Assembly (NCBI GenBank): GCA_963693365.1
Contig: CAVNZM010000009.1
Coordinates: 7,607,408-7,671,407 of the forward strand
Length of the DNA stretch: 64,000 nt
From: Amoebidium appalachense
Lineage: Eukaryota; Protista; Ichthyosporea
Direction: 5' to 3'
Made by a program: the position numbers and the translations under genes. The notes below the pieces were generated by a model that did not search any database, was not told the origin of the DNA, and saw only the letters and a program-made list of their open reading frames with translations. Positions 41,701-63,310 of this stretch are shown here, piece by piece; positions within the stretch are counted from its first letter, which is position 1, and every line of letters begins with the position of its first letter.

Positions 41701-43560
41701 GTGGGTGTAGGCCACCGGGTGTGTCTGCAACCGTCGTATGTTGTTGTGGTGGTGTGTTTCTACGTGTCTGTGCCTTCCCCCCCTTCCCCCTTTACTCGTG
41801 TGTGTCCCCCCCCCCCCTCCCGGAAACAATGGCACAGAAACCCCCTCCGGTGTGGTTAGAACAAACACCGGGTCGGGACAAGAAACACTGGGACCATCCA
41901 CTTGTGGCTGGGGAACCTCCCCCAACCACAAAACATTCACACCATTCATACCTTTGGTAGAGTCACCCCACAAACATTCATGCCATACCACCTCGACGCT
42001 GTCTTGAGGACCCACGACGATGCCCGGCTCCCACACGTGTCGGGGCGGTGAGGGGGCAAAGGGAAGCTTAACCTGGGGTGGGGGAGGGTGAAGGTTCTCT
42101 GCAACCTGGGGGGGACCGATACTGTCCCCCCCCCCCTCCCTCAGTGACCCCAGCTTCCCCCTCCCCCGTTGAACTCAATAGCTCTTGTAACTACGGCAAT
42201 ATGCAGCCTGAGCAGAGTGCCCTTGCCGGCCACAAAAGTAACATGCACCAAAGAAGGGGCCAGGGGGGACTTCAAAACCTTGGCGCAAAGCATAACCGGG
42301 AGCCCGGTCATGCTGGGGGGGCCCACCGTGTGCACCACGGCCCCCCCTTCCCCCCTGTCCCCCTCGGCCTCTCTCACCACCATTTCCACCCCTCCCTCTA
42401 CCCTGCCCACCACCACGAGCAAGATAAGGGGCAAACCTCTCTGTTCGGTGAACTGCTGCTGTTGTCCTCCACGTCCACCTCGGCCACGACCGCCGTGTCC
42501 ACCCCGGTCGCCGCCCCGGCCACCCCGGAAGCCGAAGCCCCCTCGGCCAGAAAAGACGGCCTGGGAGAGCTCGGCAACCTGCTTGACCAACATGGTGAGT
42601 GCATCTGGCTGTTCACCCTCTTTTTTCTCTTTTTCCCCCTTCTGTCCACTCTCAGAGGCTCCTTCTTTTTCTTGTCTACTTCCATCACCTCCTTTTTATC
42701 CCTCTTATTGAACTTCACCTCGTGCATGGCAAGCAAGTGACGTTTAACATGCAACACCACCTCATCTACATCATCATGCTCCCCAAACATGCGTGCAGTG
42801 TCTGTGTTTACAGAGAGAGCCTTACGAGCAAACTCGAACTTTTCCCTATCACTCACGTCACCAGCTAACTCACAAAGGTCTTCAAAGACCCGATATTCCC
42901 TCTCAAAGAATGCACGAGCTTCTACGGGGGACATATCTAAAGTGGGAAAGGTATACTTCCATTCTCTGAGCTGGGCCCGGAAGGTACGGCGCCGGTCGGC
43001 CGTCAGGTATCGGCCGACGAGCCGGGCCGTATACTCGAGCTCGTTTTCCGGCCGTGTGAAGGCCTCGAGCTCCCCGTCCACGTCGTCGGTGCTGTTCTCG
43101 TCCTCGTGAGTCGTCGGGGATAAACCGTGCGGCCAGACGTTTCTGGCCGAGCGTCCGGGACACCATCTCGTCCCTCCCCTCGTCGTACTGCTGCTCGTAT
43201 ATACGAGCCGTCACCTGGGGGGCCTGCTCGGCCCGGTACGGGTGCTCCTCCATCAGGGTGCATAAGTCGGCCATTGTTTTGTGGTCGATGCACTGTTTGA
43301 TCATTAAGCACGAGGCCGCCACAGTGGGGGCCTTCTTTGTGTCTAACACTAGTGTGGGTGTGTTAGCTAGGAGTGTCCTAAGCCACCTAGGTATTTCCGA
43401 GTCGTGTTTGAGTGTAAAACTGAAAGCTGTGGTCTGTCTAACGTCTAGTGTATGAACCTGTGGTACCTGTGTGTGCAGGGAGCTATCCTCCGCTGCCAAT
43501 GCGTAGAACATGTCTACGTTAAACTTAGCCATTGTGTGGTGTTCGGGTGGTTGTGTTTAT

Positions 43561-43592
<32 letters not shown>

Positions 43593-44321
43593 CTGTGTGT
43601 TTGAGGTGTAGCAACAGCCCAGAAGGAACTGTCACCGCGTTACCCTAGCGCGAAAAACCGCACTAAAAGAAAGGTGTAGCTTGTCGTATCCTATTGTGTG
43701 TGTACTAGAGACGCGGCACTCTACTAAGTGTACCCACACGAAAAGGAACGAACGTGTACGGAAAAACGGTAAAGTTTATTCAGACCAGGCTCCGACGGGC
43801 AAACTTAGATCCGTACGGAATGTGACTAAGTTACAACTGAGGCCATCAAGGCCGTGCCCTCAAAGATCATCATCACCTGGCCCCCTACGATGCCACATTC
43901 CAAACATTCCGATCTACTTTTATCGTGCGCCTGCACGAGCTAAGTCGATCTACTCAACTAATATCATGATATTTATCCATGTCTCACCCCTCACCCTCCC
44001 CCTAGTGGCACCGCAGAGTCTAAATCTACATTTCATACTATCCTCCCCCCCCCTCCCTCCCCCCCTTTCCTCTACATCTAAATATATAAATACGTTTGGC
44101 AACATACACTATCAAACCTTGCCAATACTTACAAAAGGGCTTCTGCCCGAACAATCACATTCCTAAGTCCTCCTACGATCTATCCTACACACTAATTAGA
44201 ATTCTATTGGTCGGCTGTCCCGGCTGACGTGGTCCAATGCCCTGCGCCGGCAGAGGCAAGATGCACGCAGCTGTACAGCTATCTTGAGGCCCCGGACTTG
44301 ATCTTGATGATCTGTGGACCC

Positions 44322-44352
<31 letters not shown>

Positions 44353-44591
44353 GATCTCGATCGTAGACTTAGGCTAATCTGCTGAGACGGATTAGTATAT
44401 GTCACAAGGCTGTTGCACACGCAAAACAGAAGGAGCGCGAATCCGAGCTGGTTCCCGCATCGGCCAACAAGCAAGCTAGCGAGGGCGGGCCCGCGGGCCC
44501 CTACACGCACGAGGGCGGCCGCGGAGGCTACCCCAACCCCAACAGGACGGCACCAAGCGGCGGTCACTCTACCGGCGCTCCGCGCCAGTAG
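32716..44591 (+). CDS. Gag-like ORF1 of the YR element, 248 aa when rejoined (32716-33280 + 44410-44591); interrupted by the Gypsy insertion
   Basis: Removing the insert and one CAAGG restores an open frame ...GANLWSK-AVAHAKQKERE...GGRGGYPNPNR...APRQ*. Position before YR and the RGG-type tail suggest gag; that assignment is inference. Confidence 0.75.
33281..36734 (-). repeat. Gypsy 3' LTR, split by a 2.7-kb insertion
   Basis: LTR sequence stops at CTATC 33635 and resumes after CTATC 36367-36371. Confidence 0.92.
33636..36366 (+). mobile_element. Non-autonomous LTR element carrying only a decayed gag (TR-GAG/LARD-like), 2731 bp
   Basis: LTRs 33636-34254 and 35759-36366 are near-identical with TG..CA ends; TSD CTATC; [14 protein letters not shown] before the 3' LTR. 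Gag remnant from 34371 (MSGFDLGLFRQLEVEE...LPR*) and knuckle remnant CDNCKGRGQ. No pol. Confidence 0.9.
36919..41597 (-). pseudogene. pol: Gypsy pol (aspartic protease, RT, RNase H, integrase, chromodomain), broken into several frames
   Basis: ALLDGGA (PR); WRLVNDYRALN, LDLKAAFWQ and YLDD (RT); CDAS, RYSNPERE and YTDH (RH); H..GH..C..C, VDVVGP, TD and ERVH (IN); VDKIMDKK..YYLIRFEG..EDQWLPE..L (chromodomain). Confidence 0.93.
42141..43532 (-). pseudogene. gag: Gypsy gag, frameshifted
   Basis: ATG 43532 just downstream of the 5' LTR leader; overlapping ORF fragments; RGG-rich region and zinc knuckle CYFCGRQGHSAQAAYC at ~42195-42245. Confidence 0.75.
43682..44404 (-). repeat. Gypsy 5' LTR (723 bp)
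   Basis: Matches 33281-33635 + 36372-36734 with only a few substitutions and small indels. Confidence 0.93.
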
Positions 44592-44748
44592 AGGTCCCTT
44601 CGCCTTCCTTCTCCCAGCGGCGTACGCTGGGCACTGTACCATAGCGCGGCAATATTCCCCCAAAATTTGGTTTACTTTGAGTTACACTGTTCTACCGTAT
44701 TGAGTTTCCACGTTCTTCCATTCGTTGTTTATTAGGTCGCTGCGGAAA

Positions 44749-45978
44749 ATGCCCCTCTGGGCCTTGAACTTCGCCACCGCGGCGGGGGACACTGTCCCGG
44801 TAGTTTCTGCACCTGCCCCTTCCCCAGCACCCACGGAGCCGCCAAGGCCGACTTCTCCGCCCCCCGGTGCCCCTGAAGGGGTGATTATTTTGCCCGATCA
44901 AGAAGGTGGTGTGGGCGGCCCAGCTGCGGGGCCCCCTCCCACTGTGGATGTACAACCCGCGGCGACGGGGCGTGTTTATGTTTCTCCCATCGGCGACTTT
45001 GGTGCGTGGCGTGCGGCTGTGGTCCAATCTATGCCCTCAACCCTCCGGGCAAATGTTGATGTTTTGATCAGCAACACCCTTGCCGCCACCACCTGGGAGC
45101 GCTACCAGATGGAAATTCGGTTTTACCTTCAGTTTTGTCAAGAGTCCGCCTTCGCCCCTTGGCCCCTCACCGGCACGGTTGCCACTGCGTATGTGGCCAA
45201 GTTGATGGAGCGAAATTACGCGCCGGGCACGGTGGTCGGCAAGCTCTCTGCCCTGCGCAAGGTACACGAACTTTGGGGGCTCCCATACCCTCCCCCATCG
45301 GTCATGTCCGCCCTCACCCAGGGGTACACCCGCACCCATATGCAGCGTAACCCCGACAAGCTGGCCGACCCGCGGCGGTTTGATGCCGAATGGGTGTCCC
45401 TCATCCTCACCCACCAGCCACAGACCACCGCCGACACACAGCGGCGCCTGGGCGTGCTCCTGTTGGCCTACCTCTGGGGCCTGCGGTGGACCACGGTCAC
45501 CGAACTGCTCGCAGAAGACGTGGTTTTTGAAGGCCCGCACCCACAAGGCCACCGCATCACTCTACGGCTGCGGAAAATCAAGCAAGGCGCGGGCAAGTTG
45601 CGTGACCCAGTCGTGCGCACGCGCGTGGTGCCCACCATCTGTGTCCCGGCCCTACAGGCAGCAGTGGCTGCCACCCCCCGTCCCCCCGGCGCCCCCCACT
45701 GCATCCTCCCCACCGGTAACGTCAACCACCAGACCGCGTGGATGCAGCGCGAGTTGTGCGCTATCGGCGTGGAGCCCCTGTTAGCCAACGCCGTCACCTT
45801 CCACTGCCTCCGTCATGGCATGGTCGGCGCGGCCAAGGCTGCGGGGGTCTCTGACCAGCAAATTGATTGGCTCGGCGCCTGGCTTGGCGCGAAGCCGGCC
45901 ACCTACGGCACCGGCCACCAACATACAGCCGACGACGTGCTGTATTTTGAAGCCCTGCGGGGCCTTGTTTGCAGTTGA
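44749..45978 (+). CDS. Tyrosine recombinase, DIRS/Cre-like, apparently intact
   Basis: N-terminal SAM-like region (LA.TTW..Y...F..FC; Y..GTV...LSALR..H). Catalytic set R (GLRW), K (RKIK), HxxR (FHCLRHG), W (LGAW), Y (ATYG). First ATG at 44749. Confidence 0.92.
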   Translation: MPLWALNFATAAGDTVPVVSAPAPSPAPTEPPRPTSPPPGAPEGVIILPDQEGGVGGPAAGPPPTVDVQPAATGRVYVSPIGDFGAWRAAVVQSMPSTLRANVDVLISNTLAATTWERYQMEIRFYLQFCQESAFAPWPLTGTVATAYVAKLMERNYAPGTVVGKLSALRKVHELWGLPYPPPSVMSALTQGYTRTHMQRNPDKLADPRRFDAEWVSLILTHQPQTTADTQRRLGVLLLAYLWGLRWTTVTELLAEDVVFEGPHPQGHRITLRLRKIKQGAGKLRDPVVRTRVVPTICVPALQAAVAATPRPPGAPHCILPTGNVNHQTAWMQRELCAIGVEPLLANAVTFHCLRHGMVGAAKAAGVSDQQIDWLGAWLGAKPATYGTGHQHTADDVLYFEALRGLVCS

Positions 45979-46054
45979 TTGTGTAAACTGATCTCCAATA
46001 AGCTTGTAACGGCGCAATACTTGTCTGATCATGAAGGCAGCAGTGGACGCAGGT

Positions 46055-46159
46055 AGCAACCATACATCTAAATACTTAGCTTGATTCATCAAGCACTATT
46101 TAGAGTGTATTCTAGGGCAATCATTGGTTGAAATAGTGTTTCTAACAATGATAGCCCAT
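46055..46159 (+). repeat. Internal B1-A2 junction (copy of the predicted circle junction of the YR element)
   Basis: AGCAACCATACATCTAAAT (= right terminus 47588-47606) runs straight into ACTTAG...AGCACTATTTAGAG (= left terminus). Confidence 0.85.
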
Positions 46160-47072
46160 TGTTGTTTTTGTACGGGTCTAAGGGAGCACTGCGAGTGCAC
46201 AGAGGTGTCATGTAAAACACGACTAACACATTAATGAGAGGGCAATCGGAGTTGTTCACGAGACATTGAAAGATTTCAAACAACAACTGAATCTTTATTG
46301 TGCTCTCGGTTCCTTTTGTACTTGCGACTTATCACCTTATCACAACTAAAGAGGGAGAACCAATCGGTTCTATCAGAAGATAGAAAAACACATTCCGACA
46401 GAGCATACGCATTCCAACTTCCGATTAAACTAAAGTGTAGAAACTCTTACTTAAATAAATTAAGTAATTATACATCTAGTCACTATTAACTCACATATAT
46501 ATTTATGTTCGTCTCTATAAAGAAACTTATTTAAATACATATATTTCCTAACAGTCGACACTCTCAAAGTGAAGACACTTTGCAATAAACCGAATTCCAT
46601 ATATATCTATTGTCCAATCACAACACACATATATTAACAGACAGGAATGCACAACACAATCTACAGATGTACTCGCTCGCGACTATTGGCGAGCCATCCT
46701 TTTGAGAACAAAACTAGGCCATTTTGAAATAAAGGAAAGACAACGAGTGAGGCTAGCCAATCACGCTACCTCTCAGATAAACAGAGGAGAGCAAATAGAA
46801 ATAAAAACACAATAAGTTCTTATCAGGCAAGAGAGCCAGGTGTGCACAGATCTACAGATATCTGTGCCCACAGAAACAAGGGAGAGAGAGATACGGGGGG
46901 GGGGGGGGGGGGGGGAGAGAGAGAGAGAGAGAGGGAGAGAGAGAGAGAGAGGGAGAGAGAGAGAGGGAGAGAGAGAGAGCACAAAGGAGGAAAGCAGACA
47001 CGAATACAAACAAGCTAGGACACATACATACTTCAAGGCTCTTGCTGTCATACATGGTGACGTATTCCAACA
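46160..47072. mobile_element. Solo LTR, 913 bp
   Basis: Termini TGTTG...CAACA with 5-bp TSD CCCAT (46155-46159 / 47073-47077); it splits repeat A2 exactly. No similarity seen to the other LTRs in the window. Confidence 0.85.
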
Positions 47073-48122
47073 CCCATTGGGTGAGCTCCTTTGGTATATA
47101 AGGAGCGAACTCCTACTAGTCGTTAGCTCATTTCCCAACGTCGCACCCACTTCACCCACCCACCCGCCCGAGCTCTAGGGTTGCATCCCAACATTGCATT
47201 GCATACACAGCTTCCGAGCTTTATGCGCACGTCCCCACAACACAACACACGCACATGCACACACATGCACACACAACACACGTACACATGCACACACACA
47301 CACACATGCACACACATGCACACAAAACACACGTACACATGTTCACTCACACACCCGCACACACACACACACACACAAAACACACATATACACGCACGTA
47401 CACGCACACACGCATGGCCCCCCTTGTGCGCACGGGTGGTGGGTGAGGGAGTGAGGTTTTGGTAAGGATATGAGGACGAGGTTGTGGTAAGCCTGTAAAG
47501 TGGTGTGTGTAGCTAAATGTAAGTGTTGTCGACGATCTCTGATCCCTGTGGGATCACAGCCTGAACCGAGCTCATAAAGCAATCGAAAGCAACCATACAT
47601 CTAAATCGACGGTTCGGTTCTATTTGCGCTATTTTGGAATTTTTGCAATATCGTCTTTATGGTGTCTCGTAGAGAAAGTAAACCCTGATATATAGTCACC
47701 ACCCGACATCTATGTACGTGATCATGATATACCGCTGAGGGGATATTCCGAGCAAAACCCCCCCCCCATACCTGAGACTGGTTCTCTTTGCCTCGAGTAA
47801 ACAGCGTAAACCCCTCTGCCATATGCGTGTAAGCATATGTTTTTTGTGTTGGTTTTACGTGACCGTCGACGGCGAGCTGACCGTTAACCGTTGGGTTGGG
47901 CGATGGTTAAACAGTTAACGTTGGGTTGCAATAGGCGACTGCACTAGTCATGTTCAAAGAATGGTGGCCAGTTAGTCGCGACTGCACCTTGTAATTCTTG
48001 GCTCACGGGCCAACTGCTGGCTGGTCCCTCTTTCACGGTACGAATAGCCGTTCCTGTTATTACGAAGTCCCTGGTCTTATCAAGTTGTTGACGCTGCTGC
48101 AAGAGTTAAACTTGTAACCGAC

Positions 48123-48203
48123 ATGGCGCCACCAAAAGCATTGGAACTGTGTACCAATCGAGAAGAGCTCAAAGCTCTGCTTGATGGAAGCTTCACTGCA
48201 AAG
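48123..48203 (+). CDS. Probable first exon of an unidentified spliced gene inside the TIR element
   Basis: ATG..MAPPKALELCTNREELKALLDGSFTAK followed by the donor AAG|GTGAGG. Possible later exons near 48570-48690 and 49040-49111. Confidence 0.4.
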
Positions 48204-48798
48204 GTGAGGTTACTGCAACCACAGTAACCCATCCTCCCCTCCTTATACAGACGTACGTATGCAGACACACACATACACATGCACAGAAAGAGTGAGAGGA
48301 GTGGAGGGAGGGAGGGAGGGAGGGAGGGAGGTATGGGGGGAGGGAGGGAGGGAGGGTGGGAGGGAGGGAGGGAGGGAGGGAGGGAGGAAGCCAAAGCGGA
48401 AGCGGAGGAAGGGAGGGGAGGGGGGGGGGGGGGGGGGGGGGGGCGAGTGGAGGTGGCCATGGAGTGGGGGGGGGGGGGGGGGGGGGGGAGGGGAGAGAGC
48501 GAGAGAGGGGGGGGGGGGGGGGGGGGGGGCAAGCATGCGTGCTTTGTGGTAGCTGTTGAACCTGCAGTCACCGGGACAACAAGCACAACAGTTGCACTTT
48601 GCTCTGTACCTTTGTCCATAAGAAAAAGAGAGCATGTCCCTTTTTATTCGATCACAACCTTCACGTCCTGACGAACCTACAAGCATTGTGTGTGGTGTGG
48701 TCGTGTGCACATGTAGCATGAATAATCTTACACGCCGCCCTCATTTTGACCACGCACACACGTGTGTGTGTGGGTGTGTGGGTGTGTGGGTGTGTGTA

Positions 48799-48850
<52 letters not shown>

Positions 48851-48939
48851 CGCGCATGCTTGTGTGTGTGTGTGGTGCACGCGAAGGTCACTACTAATTA
48901 TGTGTGAGGGGGAAAAGGGGGGGGGGGGGGGGGGGGGGG

Positions 48940-48999
<60 letters not shown>

Positions 49000-49114
49000 C
49001 AAGACTGAGGGCTGGGCACGGGGGGAAATAAACAATAAGGAGGTCCAGATGGAAACAAGATAGGAATAAAGGAGGAACAGCACAAAGAATGGGACGACGA
49101 CCTTTTGTGCATGT

Positions 49115-49163
<49 letters not shown>

Positions 49164-51540
49164 GTAGTGGTGGTGGTGGTGGTGGTGGTGGTGGTGGGGG
49201 GGGGGGGGGGGGGGGGGGGGGGGGATTAAAAAGGGTTAGAATGCCTTGTTTTTTTTTCATGACGGACAACATAAATCAGTCATTGCAAAACAAAGGGCAC
49301 ACACCACTTTGCCCGCTATCCACCCACCATACACACGTGTGTGCAACGACAAGCAGACAGGACTAGGAAGCATTGACATGTTAAAGAGACAGACGGGGGA
49401 AGTAAGAAACACCTGTGCATACGGCAAGCAGTCGCACATGTGTGGGCTATGACAGCCATGCACACAAAATTTTTGCAAAAAGACAAATGCAAGAGCCAAC
49501 ACTATCTGTTGCCGTTGCACACACGAGCCTGCCCACTCCCTTAGATGCCTCACACAGAATACTTGGACAGAAAAGGAAATGGGGGCAAGAGACGAAAAGG
49601 CACAAGTGTTCAGACATTTCGAGAGCTAAAAGTTAGAACAGGACGTAGCCCAGTCAGACACAATAAGAAAGCAGAAAAAGGTGGCAGGAGGGAGAGAGTG
49701 GGGAGAAGGGGGGGGGGGGGGAGGGGGGGGGAGGAGGGGAAGAGAGAGAGAGAGGAGAGAGTGAGAGAGAGAGAGGGGGGGGGGGGGGGGGGAGGGGGAG
49801 GGAGGGGGGAGAAGAGAGGGAGGGAGGGGGAGAGAGAGAGGGAGAGGGAGCCGGAGGGAGGGAGGGAGCGAGGGAGGGAGGGAGCGAGACGTGGGGTTGG
49901 TTGGGTGGAGGGGCGGGGGGAGGGGGGGGGGGGGGGGGGAGGGGGACGGGCGGAGGGGGGGGGCGAGAAACAGAGACAGGGGAGGGGAGGAAGGGGGGGA
50001 AGGAAAGAGAGGGAGGAATGGACGGACGGACAGCAAGTGGGGGAACCTCAATATTCACAGAAGGGAGAGTGGGGGGGCATGGGGAGGGGGAGAGGGGGAG
50101 AGAGAGGGGGGGACAGGGGGGGGGGGGAGAGGAAAGAAGGAGGGAGTGCGAGAGGGACTCGGAGAGGGGGACAGGAGAGAAAGAGGGAGGGAGGGACAGA
50201 GAGCCGGGGGTGAAGGGGGGAGGGAGGGGAGGAGGGAGGGAACGAGGGAGAGAGAGAGGGAGGGAGGGTGAGAGAGCGCGGTAGCGGGAGGGAGGGAGAG
50301 GGGAGGGGGGAAGGGAGGGGAGGGAGGAAGGGAGGGGTGGAAAGGGAGAGGGAGCCAGAGAGGGATGGAGCAGGAGGGGGAGGGGAGGGGCAGAAGGAGG
50401 GGGAGGGGGAGAGGAAGGAGGAGGGGGTTGGGGGGGGGGCAGCTGTACAAAAACGACACTCACCATTATTACTGTGGCTTAGTCGAGCCTGCACGTATAC
50501 CATGCAAGTCTGATGGGCCAACTCTGGCCCCAGGCGTGAAACTAAAAACGGGCGTGAACTGTGTATCACGACTACTGAGAGCAAGTAGGCTACACATTCA
50601 CTCGCAAAAAGGTTGTTATTGCAAAAATGCCGAAATCTGCAAAATTGAAAAATAGAGAAAATAGAAAAATAGAGAGCAACGTTTGCAATGACATAATGCG
50701 ATTATTTGTCTAAATATCTCGTTTTATCCAGAAATTGTGAAAATACGACTGGGGAGAAATGCAAAATTGAGAAAAAGGAAAAGCGGAAATAGCCAGATTG
50801 ATTTGCTCATTTCGGAATGGAATATTCCTTGCATCAGATGAGAAGTTCAGTATTCTATAACACAGTTCAGTTTACTCTCTCTTTCCGAGTTTCTGTCAAA
50901 TGTCCAACTGTGCTTTTTCAAGTTTTTGTTCGTTTCATTTTTCTCTTTATTTCATAAAACCAAGTCATGCCATCGACACGCCTGTTACGTAATCTTACGT
51001 CCTCAGATGCAGGGTTCGCAATTCTTCTACCAAGGCAAGTCCTATTGAAGCCTCAGTTTGGGGCTGTTTGCGGTGGGGGACAGGGGGGAAAGGCGCTCAC
51101 GATCCCCGTACCACGTTGTTTTGTTTTGCGCCTTGTTGGGTGTTCATAGTGGTGGAATTACACACTGTTGGCCTAATACCGGCACCTGACCACAGCCTCA
51201 CACACGCATGGAATTCTGTAGTTGGGGAAAATGTACACTGCGCAACAGCAGGTGTCGATTAGAGCAGAGACGATGTTTTAGACGATTCAGATTTCTGGAT
51301 TTAACCTAGAGCAGGCGAAAGTCTTGAAGTTAGCAAAACAGGAGTTCCCTTGTTCCGAAGTTGTACACGTAATGCTCGATACTCCTGCACTGGGGATGAT
51401 CGTGAGGAATAAACATGAGCGTTATACTCGTTAGCAGTGCGTCCGTAAACACCCAACGGTCATCTCTCTCTAGCTGTTCGAAGGTCTGTCAGTAGCAAAC
51501 ATTTCAATTGTCATTGCCTAACGTGCAAAACTTTAACACG

Positions 51541-63083
<11,543 letters not shown>

Positions 63084-63175
63084 GTATGGTTTGGTTCATT
63101 ATTACATGTTGTAGCTTGGCCCCTCCTCAGGTGTGAGCATATGCTAATTTGTGTGTGAAGGAGGGGGAGAAAGGG

Positions 63176-63227
<52 letters not shown>

Positions 63228-63279
63228 ACGTGGCAAAGAATGTGGGAGGTGGAAGAGAATGGTTGGAATGGTTGGGGGA

Positions 63280-63310
<31 letters not shown>

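Larger units (their letters stand above)
33281..44404 (-). mobile_element. Ty3/Gypsy LTR retrotransposon, chromovirus type
   Basis: TG...CA LTRs, 5-bp TSD CAAGG (33276-33280 / 44405-44409), order gag-PR-RT-RH-IN-chromodomain, PPT at ~36735-36751. Confidence 0.95.
32454..47606 (+). mobile_element. Tyrosine-recombinase element with split direct repeats (PAT/Ngaro-like architecture) lacking RT/RNase H; ~3.1 kb without inserts
   Basis: A1 32454-32606; B1 46055-46073 directly abutting A2 (46073-46159 + 47078-47155); B2 47588-47606. Gag-like ORF plus YR ORF. No TSD; the ends overlap the target by a single T. Confidence 0.85.
32215..50822. mobile_element. TIR DNA element (outermost shell of the nest; ~3.5 kb once inserts are removed), superfamily unresolved
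   Basis: Left end TCCCATTCCGAAACGAGCAAATCAATATGG versus reverse complement of right end TTCCATTCCGAAATGAGCAAATCAATCTGG (3 mismatches in 30). TA flanks both ends. Weaker AT-rich subterminal similarity extends inward. Confidence 0.7.

Noticed and set aside
33281-44404. Gypsy RT as the native RT of a chimeric YR-LTR element
   Set aside because: The Gypsy is antisense, has its own LTRs, integrase and TSD, and disrupts ORF1, so it is a secondary insertion.
32524-47079. CCCATTG at 32524, 46155 and 47073 as an att-like crossover core of the recombinase
   Set aside because: Better explained as the 5-bp TSD CCCAT plus the TG start of a TGTTG...CAACA solo LTR inserted in repeat A2.
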